This document shows positions 29,001-40,612 of a stretch of DNA of 64,000 nt, one piece after another (within the stretch, counting starts at the first letter, position 1; the number at the start of each line of letters is the position of its first letter). The stretch comes from Octopus sinensis (taxonomy: Eukaryota). The stretch covers positions 29,946,001-30,010,000 of the forward strand of contig NC_043005.1 of assembly GCF_006345805.1 (NCBI RefSeq), given 5' to 3'. The position numbers and the translations under genes were made by a program. The notes beneath the pieces were generated by a model. It searched no databases, had not been told where the DNA came from, and saw only the letters and a program-made list of their open reading frames with translations.

Positions 29001-31025
29001 GAGCTTTGATGATGTAATGTTCACCTGTCTGTTTCTTCCTTTGGGTCCATATACAGGGCTGCCATGGCGGGGGGAGGGGGGGCTCAAAATGAGATTGAAG
29101 AAGAACCATAATACAAGTGGATACGGATTGAAAATTCTTTTGAAGCTGCTGCAATTAGTTCAGTCTGTCCTGTATTGACCGACTCAACCATCAGAAAACC
29201 TGATGTTGTCATAGATGGCCCCTTGTCATGAATCTTCATTTGTGAAGCCAATTCACAATGATGACTTGGTTTCCATATGCATATTTATTTGTCATCATCA
29301 TCATCATCATCATATTTACTTCTGCTTCATATGCTGGCATGAGTTTGATGGGTCATCACAGTCTGAATTTTTATTCATAGTTACTTCCTCCTCAAGAGAT
29401 GGTGAGACCCTGTCTCAATCACATATTTGATTTTTTTGACGTGGTTTCTATGTCAGTGTGCCCCCCCCCTCCTAATACCAGTCACATTATACAGTGTCCT
29501 GAATGCATTTTATGGTAGCACCAGCACTTGGGAGGTTGTCTTGAGTCAAACCAGGGCAACTCTGTTATCTCCACACATTCACCAATCACATTACAGACAG
29601 TACTGAGTGCATTTTATTATGACACCAGCATTAATTGTTCTGTGCTCTGTAATGATAAAGAATCCTCACTGCTCAATGGTATCCTCCATTTCTTCAAATC
29701 AACATGGGTAAGTGAGTAAATGGAGGAAGAGGCAAATCACAGTAAGTTGGTGGTGGGACTGAAGAGGAGAGGGTAATGGAAGAAAGACAGTGATGGAAGC
29801 AAGTTTGCCAGAGAGAGAAATTGAGTGAAGGATAGCAACAGAGATGAGCATTAATATGAGAGAGTAATGGATGTCAATAACAATGGTCTGGGAGATGGAG
29901 AATATGAGAGGGACACAAAGAAAGGAGGGGTGTCTCAAGTGTGACGTCAAGATGCCTTCGTACAAAGGCATCTTGATGGAACAAGAGAGGTAACAAGGAA
30001 GGAATGGGAGTAGGTGGGGTATTGAGAAGAAATAGGTTTAACTCCATCCCTTGTTATATGGGCAGCATGATGCAATGAATAGAAGAGAAGGTAAGTGGAG
30101 AAAGAGTGATTGAGTGATGAGTGACAGAGAGAGACAAGAAGATATCAACGAGGTTTGAGGACTATAAATGGAGATTGAACAAGGATTTGTTTGGCAAAAG
30201 ACCCAAATACGATATTATACCCCTCCCCCTCTCCATCACTATCACCATCTGAACATTTGTTTTGTTGTGCTTTCGTGAATGGACCAGCCTTCTTCAGCAA
30301 TGCATGCCACAAGTCATCACTGTCCTCTATCATCTCCTTCTTAAAGTTCAGCATCATGAGATGTGTCTTCATTACTTTACTCCATGTCTTTCTAGGTTTC
30401 CATCTTTCACAGGTACCAGTGACTTCAAATACCTTCTCCTCCATTCACACAGCCACCTCATTGGGCTTTACATAACAGTTTTAGGCCTTAACTCATTCTA
30501 TGATCAAACATCTTCCACTCTAGAGAAAGGAATTGCTAAATGAAAACTGTATGGGACCATGTCCTGTGTGTGTGTGTGTGTGTGTGTGACCATCATCACT
30601 GAACATCCATCTGGCACAGGTAGAATAGTTTGTCTGAATCTAATGGCTCCAAGGACTACATCATGTTTCGATGACTGCTTTGGCATGATTCCTGTAGCTG
30701 GTCACCCTTCCTTCCACCTACCAATTTGCAGCATGCTTTTTATTCATGGCGCCAACACTAGTGAGGTTACCATGCAGCAAGCAAGACCAAGATCCCCTTT
30801 CACTGAATGGGACAGTAATAAAGAGAGAGGAAACATTATGTTAGAAGATGAGAAGTCACAGTAGAGGAGCTACATGGCTACCCACTTTATAAAAGAGAGA
30901 GAGAGAGAGAGAGAGTGAGAGAGAGTAAGAATGAGTGGGTGGAGCTAAATAACGAGTTAAAAGAGTGATGGATTGTCAGGTGTCAGTGCTAAATCTACAT
31001 GCATACACACATACATAGGTACAAG

Positions 31026-31300
31026 CATGGCTGTGGCTATTAAAATTCATAACAGAATATGTGTAAATTGTGGAAGGGTGTGCCTCTCAGTTGGAGGTCT
31101 AAAAAGACATGTTAAGAGAGTGCATATGGTGGCACCTGTTTCGCCTGCCAGCCAGCACAGTTGTCTAGTATGTAATAAAATGTGTAAAACCTTGGCCGGG
31201 CTTAAAAGTCATATAAGGGCATCACATGGCAGCAATTATGAATCATTTCAGTAAGTCTTCGTGGCAATGGCTTTTCTCGTGTAACAAGGATGCAGCTGTG
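31026..31300 (+). mobile_element. Probable LINE (RTE-like) 3' end encoding two C2H2 zinc fingers
   Basis: CVNC-x12-H-x4-H and CLVC-x12-H-x4-H, GLK.H type, no TGEKP linker, stop at 31252-54. Confidence 0.55.
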
Positions 31301-31520
31301 TGATATATATAGTCAGGATGCCATGATGGATCGTTAGCTCCTACACGCATTTTTTTTCTCTCCTTGTTTTTTTCTGTGTATCTTTCTGTCAAAGAGCATA
31401 GGCTCGAAACATAAAAGACTTGTTCTATTTCTATTCCTGAGCGCCATACTAATACATTTGTTTGTTTGTACTCCACCTGCCTTCATCTTTTGTTTATTTT
31501 CGTAAACCTTCCCATTATAT

Positions 31521-31567
<47 letters not shown>

Positions 31568-31736
31568 CAGTATGTGTGTGTGTGTGATTAAATATTACTG
31601 AGGCATTATTTTACAGTTTGATGCACTTCTTGTCCTTGACCTTTTTTTGCTTTCCAATTAAGGGGTCCCTTAATTCTTATGTTTTCAAAGGCTCAAACTG
31701 AGTTGACAGAAGTGACAACAACAACACTGCTCATAA

Positions 31737-31786
<50 letters not shown>

Positions 31787-32355
31787 CATACATACACATA
31801 CACAATAAGGTTCTTTTAGTTCCATCATCATCATCATTATGTAGTGTCCATTGTCCATGCTGGCATCGGTTGGATGGTTTGACCAGGGTTAGCAAGCTGA
31901 GGGGCTGCATCAAACTCCAATCTGATTTGGCATGGTTTCTACAGCTGCATGCCCTTCCTAACCCTAACCACTCTGAGAGTGTAATGGGTGCTTTTACATG
32001 CCACCGGCACAAGTGCCATTTGTGTGACACCAGTATCTGCCAAGACTACGATTTTACTTGACTTGATGGGTCTTCTCCTCAAGCATGACACAATGCCAAA
32101 GGTCTTGGTCATTGCCTCCATGAGGCCCAACACTCGAGAGGAGCCTTTCATGTGTCACCAGCATCAGCCACTATGAAACTCACCCACAAGGATTTGGTTG
32201 GCTTGAGGTTATAGCAAAAGATATTTGTCCAAGATGCCATAAACATCTCTGTAAAGTGAAACAAAAATTGAAGAATCTTCAATATACAAGTGCTCCAGCA
32301 TGACCACAGCTGCATGGCTGAAACAAGTAAAAGAATACGATACAAAATAGAAATA

Positions 32356-32715
32356 GGTGCAGGAGTGGCTGTGTGGTAAGTAGCTTGCTTACCAACCACA
32401 TGGTTCCGGGTTCAGTCCCACTGCGTGGCATCTTGGGCAAGTGTCTTCTACTATAGCCTCAGGCCAACCAAAGCCTTGTGAGTGTATTTGGTAGACGGAA
32501 ACTGAAAGAAACCCGTCGTATGTGTGTGTGTGTGTGTTTTTGTCCCTCACCATCACTTGGCAACCAATGTTGGTATAACTTAGCAGTTCACTAAAAGAAA
32601 CCATTAGAATAAGTACTAGGCTTACAAAGAATAAGGCCTAGGGTTGATTTGTTCAATTAAAGTTGGTGCTCCAGCATGGCCACAGTCAAATGACTGAAAC
32701 AAATAAAAGAATAAA
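32356..32715 (+). mobile_element. tRNA-derived, CORE-like SINE family A, representative copy
   Basis: A-box-like TGGCTGTGTGGTAAG, B-box-like GGTTCAGTCCC, core GTGGCATCTTGGGCAAGTGTCTT, internal (TG)n, tail GAAACAAATAAAAGAA. Other copies (approximate): + 9040-9440, 34552-35007, 37566-37880, 37894-38288, 40176-40578, 45181-45622, 46824-47010; - 22330-22492, 24620-24800, 25460-25630. Confidence 0.85.
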
Positions 32716-33556
32716 TATATTAGTTTGAATGCAGAACATCTCTAGATATGTTTCCCTATGTCATATTACCATACTTTGTCAACTGGTTTGAGAGGAGCAG
32801 AATTATGGCATCAGGCTCGCATGTATGGCATCAACTCAAAACGAAGAGGATCAGAACAAGACAGACTTGATAGATTGTTGACATAAAATCTAGCTCTTTG
32901 AGTGAATAAGAGTCTTTGAAATTTTCATGTCAGCTAAGAATAAATTAAAGAAAATTTAAACTAATTCAAGAGTATTGAATAGATAATGAACACAAATGCA
33001 CTTCTCATGATATATCTTAACTCGTCTTAAAAAAACACAGAAAGAAAAGAATAATGAGGTATCTAACATAGATGTGCTCAATAAGAATTTCAAATCAAAT
33101 TAGCTCTGACAACATTTATGTGAAAAATAAAACACAAACTAAAGAATTTTGAATTTACAATACAAACTATATAGACATGCAATAAATATACAGCTGTAAA
33201 ACTCCACTCCTCTCCATCTCTCATCCTCTTCTTCAACCTATCACTCACCATAGCTATGTTTCACCTATATCTTTTATTTTTTATTTTTATAATAATGGTT
33301 TTTCATTACATTATTTATTTTTTTATCGCTATTTGCACATTATTTTTATCCTCACAATTCTTCTTGTCTCACTCCATATATTACATGACCTTTTAATTTC
33401 CATCATCATATTTTTTTCCAGAAAGCCACTCATATTTTTTATATAATTTTTCATGTGTATGTGTGCATGTGTGAGTGGAGAAAGAGAGAGACATTCACAC
33501 ACACACACACATACACACACACACATACACACACACACACATGCACACACACACGT

Positions 33557-33605
<49 letters not shown>

Positions 33606-34503
33606 AAAGAATGAAGAATCATACATCATTTAATCAACTTGTGCATGTTTCTGATAGAGTGGGAAATACCAAAATTTTGTGATGCAGTAATCATACATAC
33701 TAATAGATCCCATATTTGACTGACTAAGATTCTTCAGAAACAGGAACATCTAACATCATCTTGTCCTTATGAAAGCTATTCCACACTGCTTGGAATAGAG
33801 AACATTTTAAGGGAAACAGATAGTAGCAAATCTAACAATATTTGACCAGTAGGGAAGAATTTCAGCAGACAAACTTAGGAATTGTGTGTACCAAATCATG
33901 ATAGAAATATAATATGGTAGTTTCTACAATCCTATCCATCAACTTGAAGAATATTTGTGGTAAAATTCCTACCCCATTAAAATTTTTATTGACCAATTCA
34001 AATACACAGAGGAGTTATGTAAAATCCAAGCTGTTCAGTAGATGATTATTTAGGTTACAATGGAAATGTCATTTCATCAGTATTCTGAATATAAATATAG
34101 AAGTATGCCTGTTGAGTCAATGAGAATTCTACAGGTAAATAACCAGTATATTATTCGCTTAGAAAGATATTCTATTTCAAGAAAATATTTTCCTTAAAAG
34201 AATAGATATTTAAAGCTTAAATTTATCAATTTACCTGAAATATGTGTGAGCTGATTAAAGAATGTATAATTCTCCATTCTTTTGTAATTTTCTACTACAC
34301 TCTGTGACCTTAGACTGAATTTATTTGGTGTTTGAACTTCAGATTTACAAACTGGATATGCAGCAGAAAGTAATTTTATGGCCTCTGTGGATTCCTATGG
34401 TTTTCACTGGATTATTTAGTTAGCCAAGTTTGATGATCCATGTTATAAAGTATTAGCCTGGATTTTTAATCCCTCTTTTCCTTTGTGTGTGTGTGTATGT
34501 ATG

Positions 34504-34542
<39 letters not shown>

Positions 34543-34701
34543 TATATATAAGGTGCAGGAGTAGCTGTGTGGTAAGTAGCTTGCCTACTATCCACATGGT
34601 TCTGCATGGCATCTCGGGCAAGTGTCTTCTACTATAGCCTCAGGCAAAGCAAAGCCTTGTGAGTGGATTTGGTAGATGAAGACCAAAAGAAGCCTGCCGT
34701 G

Positions 34702-34785
<84 letters not shown>

Positions 34786-35019
34786 GTGTGTGTGTGTGTG
34801 TATGTTTGTGTGTCTGTATTTGTCCCCCAATATCACTTGACAACCGATGCTGATGTGTTTACATCCCCATAACTTAGTGGTTCAGCAAAAGAGATCAATA
34901 GAATAAGTACTAGGCTTACAAAGAATAAGTCCCAGAGTTGATTTGCTTGACTAAAGGCAGTGCTCCAGCACAGCCACAGTCAAATGACCGAAGCAAGTAA
35001 AAGAGTAATATATTTATAT

Positions 35020-35225
35020 ATTACAAGTTAAAAGTTATGGTCAGTCATGGAGTGACCATTGGTTTTTGCACCTGTAAAGCACTTGGCAGTATAGGTGACT
35101 CGTCAGAGTCAAATGGCTGATGAGTCACTTATACTGCTAAGTGTGAAACCAATGATCGCTCTATGACGCCATCAGTTTTAACTACCTAAAAAATATATTA
35201 TTTCTCTAACACTTTGGAGTGCGCT
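35020..35225. mobile_element. Inverted pair of pLTR fragments of the 15.7-kb hammerhead family
   Basis: 35045-35106 pairs with 35117-35166. Both arms and the downstream CTAAAAAATATATTA...CTCTAA segment match 15730-15845. Confidence 0.75.
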
Positions 35226-35296
35226 TCTCTTATGGATATATGAACTGCTTATGATATAAATATATATACATACATACATATACACACACACACACG

Positions 35297-35328
<32 letters not shown>

Positions 35329-35522
35329 GAGAGAGATACTACTTTTCAAATTTATATAGTTAAGTTTTCATATACATGCATACATACGTACAAACATATA
35401 TATATATATACTTGTATGTATGTATTTACATGTGTGTATACGTGTGTGTGTGTGTGTGTGTGTGTGTTTAAAATGTACTACTTGTATGTATGTTACTGAT
35501 TTTGCTAATTATCTGTTTCCAG

Positions 35523-35609
35523 AGCTGTACTTGAAAACCATCATGTCTCCCTAGCATTTTCAGTGACTTGCAAGGATGATTCAGTAAACATCTTCAAGAA
35601 CTTATCTCA
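35523..35609 (+). CDS. PDE8: PDE8 exon 6 in window (AVLENHHVSLAF...NIFKNLS)
   Basis: tttccag acceptor, GTAAGT donor at 35610; 87 nt, phase 2-2. AVLE.HH motif. Confidence 0.96.
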
Positions 35610-36229
35610 GTAAGTTGACACATTCTCTCTGATTGATCTCTGCCTATCTGTCTGTCAATCTGTCTCTCTGTCTGTTGGTCAATCCATCTGTCTATCTATC
35701 TCCTTACCTATCTATTTATCTAATCTATCTATTTATCTACCTGTCTTACAGTCTATTTCTAAGTCTATCTATCAATATATTTGTATGCCTATCTGTCTGC
35801 CTATATATCTGTCTGTCACTCTATCTGCTTATCTCTCTACCTACCTTTCCACATACATATCTTTCAATATATCTATCAGTCTATCTTTCTACCAATCTAT
35901 CTACTCTAATCTTTCTAATTATCTGAAATATGCAAAACCAGAAACTTTAACAATTGCAAACGTCTCTGTACGTTACATATCATTACTTTTGGTATGCCAA
36001 AGCTAATGATATAGCATCGTATGAATGCAGAAGATTCTGGAAAATCATGTTCCAAACTTTGGTTTATAGATAAGTAAAATAACAAGCTGAATGAAGGGTA
36101 CTGTCAAATTCCAGCACCTCATTTTTCAAATTCTAGCAGAGGGAAGCAACACAGAACAAATTCGGCATTTAAATGATCCCAGTTGTACAACTGAGGACAA
36201 CTGTATAGCAAATTCTTTTTATGTAGGTT

Positions 36230-36430
36230 CCTTATAATCCCAAAAGATTATAAAGCAAGATAAAACACTTGAGATGTACAGTTAATTCTGTCACTTGAAA
36301 TCTAAAGGAGTGAAAGTGTTGTGCATGTTTGGTTTTGAATGTATTTTCAGTACAACTTATATAGGTTGTTTTGATGCCATCTGCTCTGTACAACTTTTTG
36401 TAAGGGTGGTACGTGCCTGTAGTCAAGTCT
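36230..36430 (-). mobile_element. Penelope-like GIY-YIG endonuclease remnant
   Basis: TTYISCTENTFKTKHAQHFHSFR...TELTVHL resembles the PLE YIG.TE..FK.R...H..SF...TELS.H region. Confidence 0.5.
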
Positions 36431-36805
36431 AACTTAAATTTAATGAATATAAGAGTTGATTACACGTTCAGTGTAGTAGTTAAACTTAAGATTGTGAGTT
36501 CAATTCTTGGGCCAGTGACTCTCTATGTACACTAGTTCAAGCATACAAGACAATGGTATCACAAGTAGAATAGTAGAATAATAACCAATAGAAGAATATC
36601 CTTGCATGGACAATGGAATGAGAGCAGCCTACACTGTGGATTTAATTAAGTGTATCGCTTAAATTCCAAGACTGCTGTGTAATACAACAGACACCTGAAG
36701 AACACTAGGGAGATACCAGCTGAAACATGACTTAAGAACTAAGATGGGGACACTAATTCGTATATATTTGTGTATACTACCACCACAAATAATAATATAT
36801 ACATG

Positions 36806-37075
36806 TGTATGATTCACCAAGCATAGATTGGCATATTTCAGTCATATTATGCAGAGAAAATCCCTGGAGAAAGACATCATGCTCGGAATTGTCAGTGGCA
36901 AGAGAGGAAGTGGCCAACCAAGAACCCGCTGGCTTGACACCATCAAGAGTGATACCAGAATGGACATAGCCAATCTGAAAGAAGCAGCCCAGGATAGAAC
37001 TGACTGGAGGACACTGATCCATGGAATAACCGAGAGTCGACTTCGACTGAGCGGATAGATAGATAGATAGATAGT
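36806..37075 (+). mobile_element. RTE (BovB-like) LINE 3' end with (GATA)n tail
   Basis: AYFSHIMQRKSLEKDIMLGIVSGKRGSGQPRTRWLD...DRTDWRTLIHGITESRLRLSG*. Confidence 0.85.
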
Positions 37076-37489
37076 ATGTGTGTGTATGTATGTATATAAA
37101 TATCACTGTAACAATAGGTGCTTTAAAATGGTCATGAAACATGCAGATGACTGCATAACCAAACCTCATGAGTTATGAATATATAACAGAGAGAGAAAAT
37201 AGCCACAGCTTGGCTCTGCATTCATCCTATATAAAGCATTTTCAATAGAGTAAAAATGACACCAAAACAAACCCCAGGCACACAAAACTGCACTCGGTGG
37301 TGAATGAATGTGATAGAAATAACTGTTTTGAATAATGATAACAACAATGGTTTCATATTTTGACACAGGACCAATAGTTTTTGAGGGGTGGGGAAGTCAA
37401 TTACATCAATCCTGTTACTTGTCCAGCACTTATTTTATTGACCCAGAAAGAATGAAAGATGAAGGTGGTCTCTGCAGAATTGGAGCTCA

Positions 37490-37565
<76 letters not shown>

Positions 37566-38515
37566 GGCAAAGGCATGGCTGTGTATTAAGAAGCTTGCTT
37601 CTGAACCACATGGTTCTGGGTTCAGTCCCACTGTGTAGCACCTTGGGCAAGTGTCTTCTACTATAGCTTCAGACCAACCAAAGCCTTGTGAGTGAATTTG
37701 GTGGATGGAAACTGAAAGAAGCCCATCGTATATATGTGTGTGTGTGTCTTTGTGTCAGTGTGTCTCCCTCACCATTGCTTGACAACCAGTGTTTGTGTGT
37801 TTACATCCCCATAACTTAGTGGTTTAACAAAAGAGATCAATGCCCTAGCATGGCCACAGTCAGATGACTGAAACAAATATAATTAGCATTATAGGCACAG
37901 GAGTGGCTGTGTGGTAAGTAGCTTGCTTACCAATCACATGGTCCAGGGTTCAGTCCCACTCTGTGGCACCTTGGGCAAGTGTTTTCTACTATAGCCTCAG
38001 GCTAACCAAAGCCTTGTGAGTGGATTTGGCAGATGGAAACAAATGAAGCCTGTCGTATATATGTATGTGTGTATATGTGTTTGTGTGTCTGTATTTGTCC
38101 ACTCAACATCGCTTGACAGCCGATGCTGGTGTGTTCACGCTCCGTAACCTAGCAGTTCAGCAAAAGAGATCAATAGAATAAGTACTAGGCTTAGAAAGAA
38201 TAAATCCTGGAGTCGATTTGCTTGACTAAAGGCAGTGCTCCAGCATGGCTGCAGTCAAATGACTGAAACAAGTAAAAGAATAAAAGAATTATATGACTAC
38301 ACAACCAAAACCTCATGAGTTATGAATATATATATACATATATATATAACAGAGAGAAAATAGCCACAGCTTGGCTCTGCATTCATCCTACATGAAGCAC
38401 CTTCAGTACATGACTGAAACCAAATAATTAGCATTAACCTATAATTCACTAATGTGAAATAAGAGAATTTTATCAATGACTTCTTTAAAATCTAAAATGT
38501 AATTCTTTATTTCAG

Positions 38516-38654
38516 AGATGATTTCCGCACCATGCGACATTCAATCATAGACATGGTTCTAGCAACCGAAATGACAAAACATTTTGAACATGTCTCCAAA
38601 TTTAACAACTGCATCAATAAAGTCCTAACAAAACCTTCGGAAGCTTCACCCACG
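38516..38654 (+). CDS. PDE8: PDE8 exon 7 in window ([29 protein letters not shown]...ASPT)
   Basis: tttcag acceptor, GTAACT donor at 38655; 139 nt, phase 2-0. [17 protein letters not shown] is typical of PDE8. Confidence 0.97.
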
Positions 38655-40013
38655 GTAACTATTATTTATTTTTATTTATTTATTTTGCATACATTTTCTT
38701 AGGTAAAGCTTGCAATGAACCTGCTGTTATGGTCATCTTCTAAATACCAGGTACTCTTGTCTAGTGTCCAACAGCCCTCCATCTCCATTTAGGCCTTGAT
38801 GGACGGCCTAACTTTACATCCACATCAGTGATAAGGGGCAAGAGAATCCTGAAGAGTCTTGAAGAGTTGACATAAGTCTACTGAGATTCAAACCAGTCAG
38901 GTCTAAAACTCTTAAAGAAAGGCAGGGTCAGCAGAAATTCTGGCTTCTTGATTGGAAGCAAATAAATACCCTTCGCCACTGGCTATCCACTATTGACAAG
39001 TCAGGTATACCTGACCACTCTCCATATATGAAGTATGAGATCCCAATATCCAACACTACTGTATAAAATCCCTGACACAGGCAGTTTATGATGTTCTGCT
39101 AAGCACTTCCAATATTTGTTCTGCTGGGGGAAGTTGAATCCCCCAAAAACAGACATTGGACCACATCTTCAGTGGCTGTTCAAATGCTCTGATAGAAGGG
39201 TGCTGTTGTTGGCCACATGACCAGGTCTTGCAATGGTTAATCTCACAGCAAGCATGATCTGCGATGGCATTAACTATTGCAGGCACCAATAAGGAGAACT
39301 ATCACTGTTGACCTGGCTGGTCTGAAGGTAAAAGCACCACCAAGTCCACCTCTCTGGGAACTCTCTGAAAGTTGACCAGAAGAAGCATCCAAAGTTCCTG
39401 AAAACTGTTGCTTCAACATTGTTAAGGCCAAATGTGGGACTGGTCTCAGAAATGGTAAAGAAGATGGTTCTGTTTGAATGCCCCCCATAGCCTGGAAGGA
39501 TTGCACTGAGGAGGCAAATGAGAGGAAGAGAATGAAATAAGCTGAACTCATGGAGTTATGCTGATACAGGGAGTAGCAAGCAAGTTGTGAATCTCCTGAA
39601 GTAAATACAGTGGGTTCACAGGTCAGTTCCTCTGCTGAGACTGCATGCTGAACAGCAGAAAGGCCAGGATGCAGAAGGCTATCGAGTTAGCCATAGAAGC
39701 TATGGATCAGAAAGTCTCATCCCTGGAATGGTTTCTGCCTGCTGAGTTCATTAGACACCAACTGGAGTTTTATCAACCCAGATGGGTCATATTGTCTGAT
39801 TTTGTTGAGATACTCAACCACCATAACAAGCATAAATGATGATGCATCCAGGAGCATCATAAGATGCTGTATGAAAAACTGGGTATGATGAGATGGTTGG
39901 TGTGTAACAATACAAGTTTACACAATGTTATCTAATAAATTATGTAATGGATTCATATTTTAATTAAACCACACAACTGTATATATATGTGTGTGTGTGT
40001 ATATATATATATA

Positions 40014-40062
<49 letters not shown>

Positions 40063-40128
40063 ATCCATTTGATCCACTCAGCCATAGCAGTACCAAGATG
40101 CACATAAACAAATACATTCACATACATA

Positions 40129-40168
<40 letters not shown>

Positions 40169-40578
40169 TGCATGCACATGCTGGTGTGGCTGTGTGGTAA
40201 GAAGTTTGCTTCCCAACCACACAGTTCTGGGTTCAATCCAACTGTATGGCACCTTGAGCAGGTGTCTTCTACTACAGCCTGAGCCGACCAAAGCCTTGTG
40301 AGCAGATTTGGCTGATGGAAACTGAAAGAAGCCCATTTAGACATATGTATATATTTATCTGAGTGTGCCTCTGTGTTTGTGTTTGTCCCTCAGCTCTGCT
40401 TGACAACCAGTGTTGGTTTGTTTATGTCTCCATGACTTAGCAGTTCAGCTAAATAGTGACCAATAAAATAAATTGCAGACTTTAAAACAAAGAATGTATT
40501 GGGTTTGATTTATTTCTCTTAAACCCTTTTAGCCAGTGCCCCAGCATGGCCACAGTCAAATGACTGAAACAAGTAAAT

Positions 40579-40612
<34 letters not shown>

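Noticed and set aside
30973-31254. Host C2H2 zinc-finger gene nested in the intron
   Set aside because: Only two fingers, no TGEKP linker, no convincing start or promoter, and the finger style matches LINE C-termini.
32356-32430. tRNA genes suggested by A/B boxes here and at 1300 and 42026
   Set aside because: No complete cloverleaf, and each runs into a multi-copy SINE body and tail.
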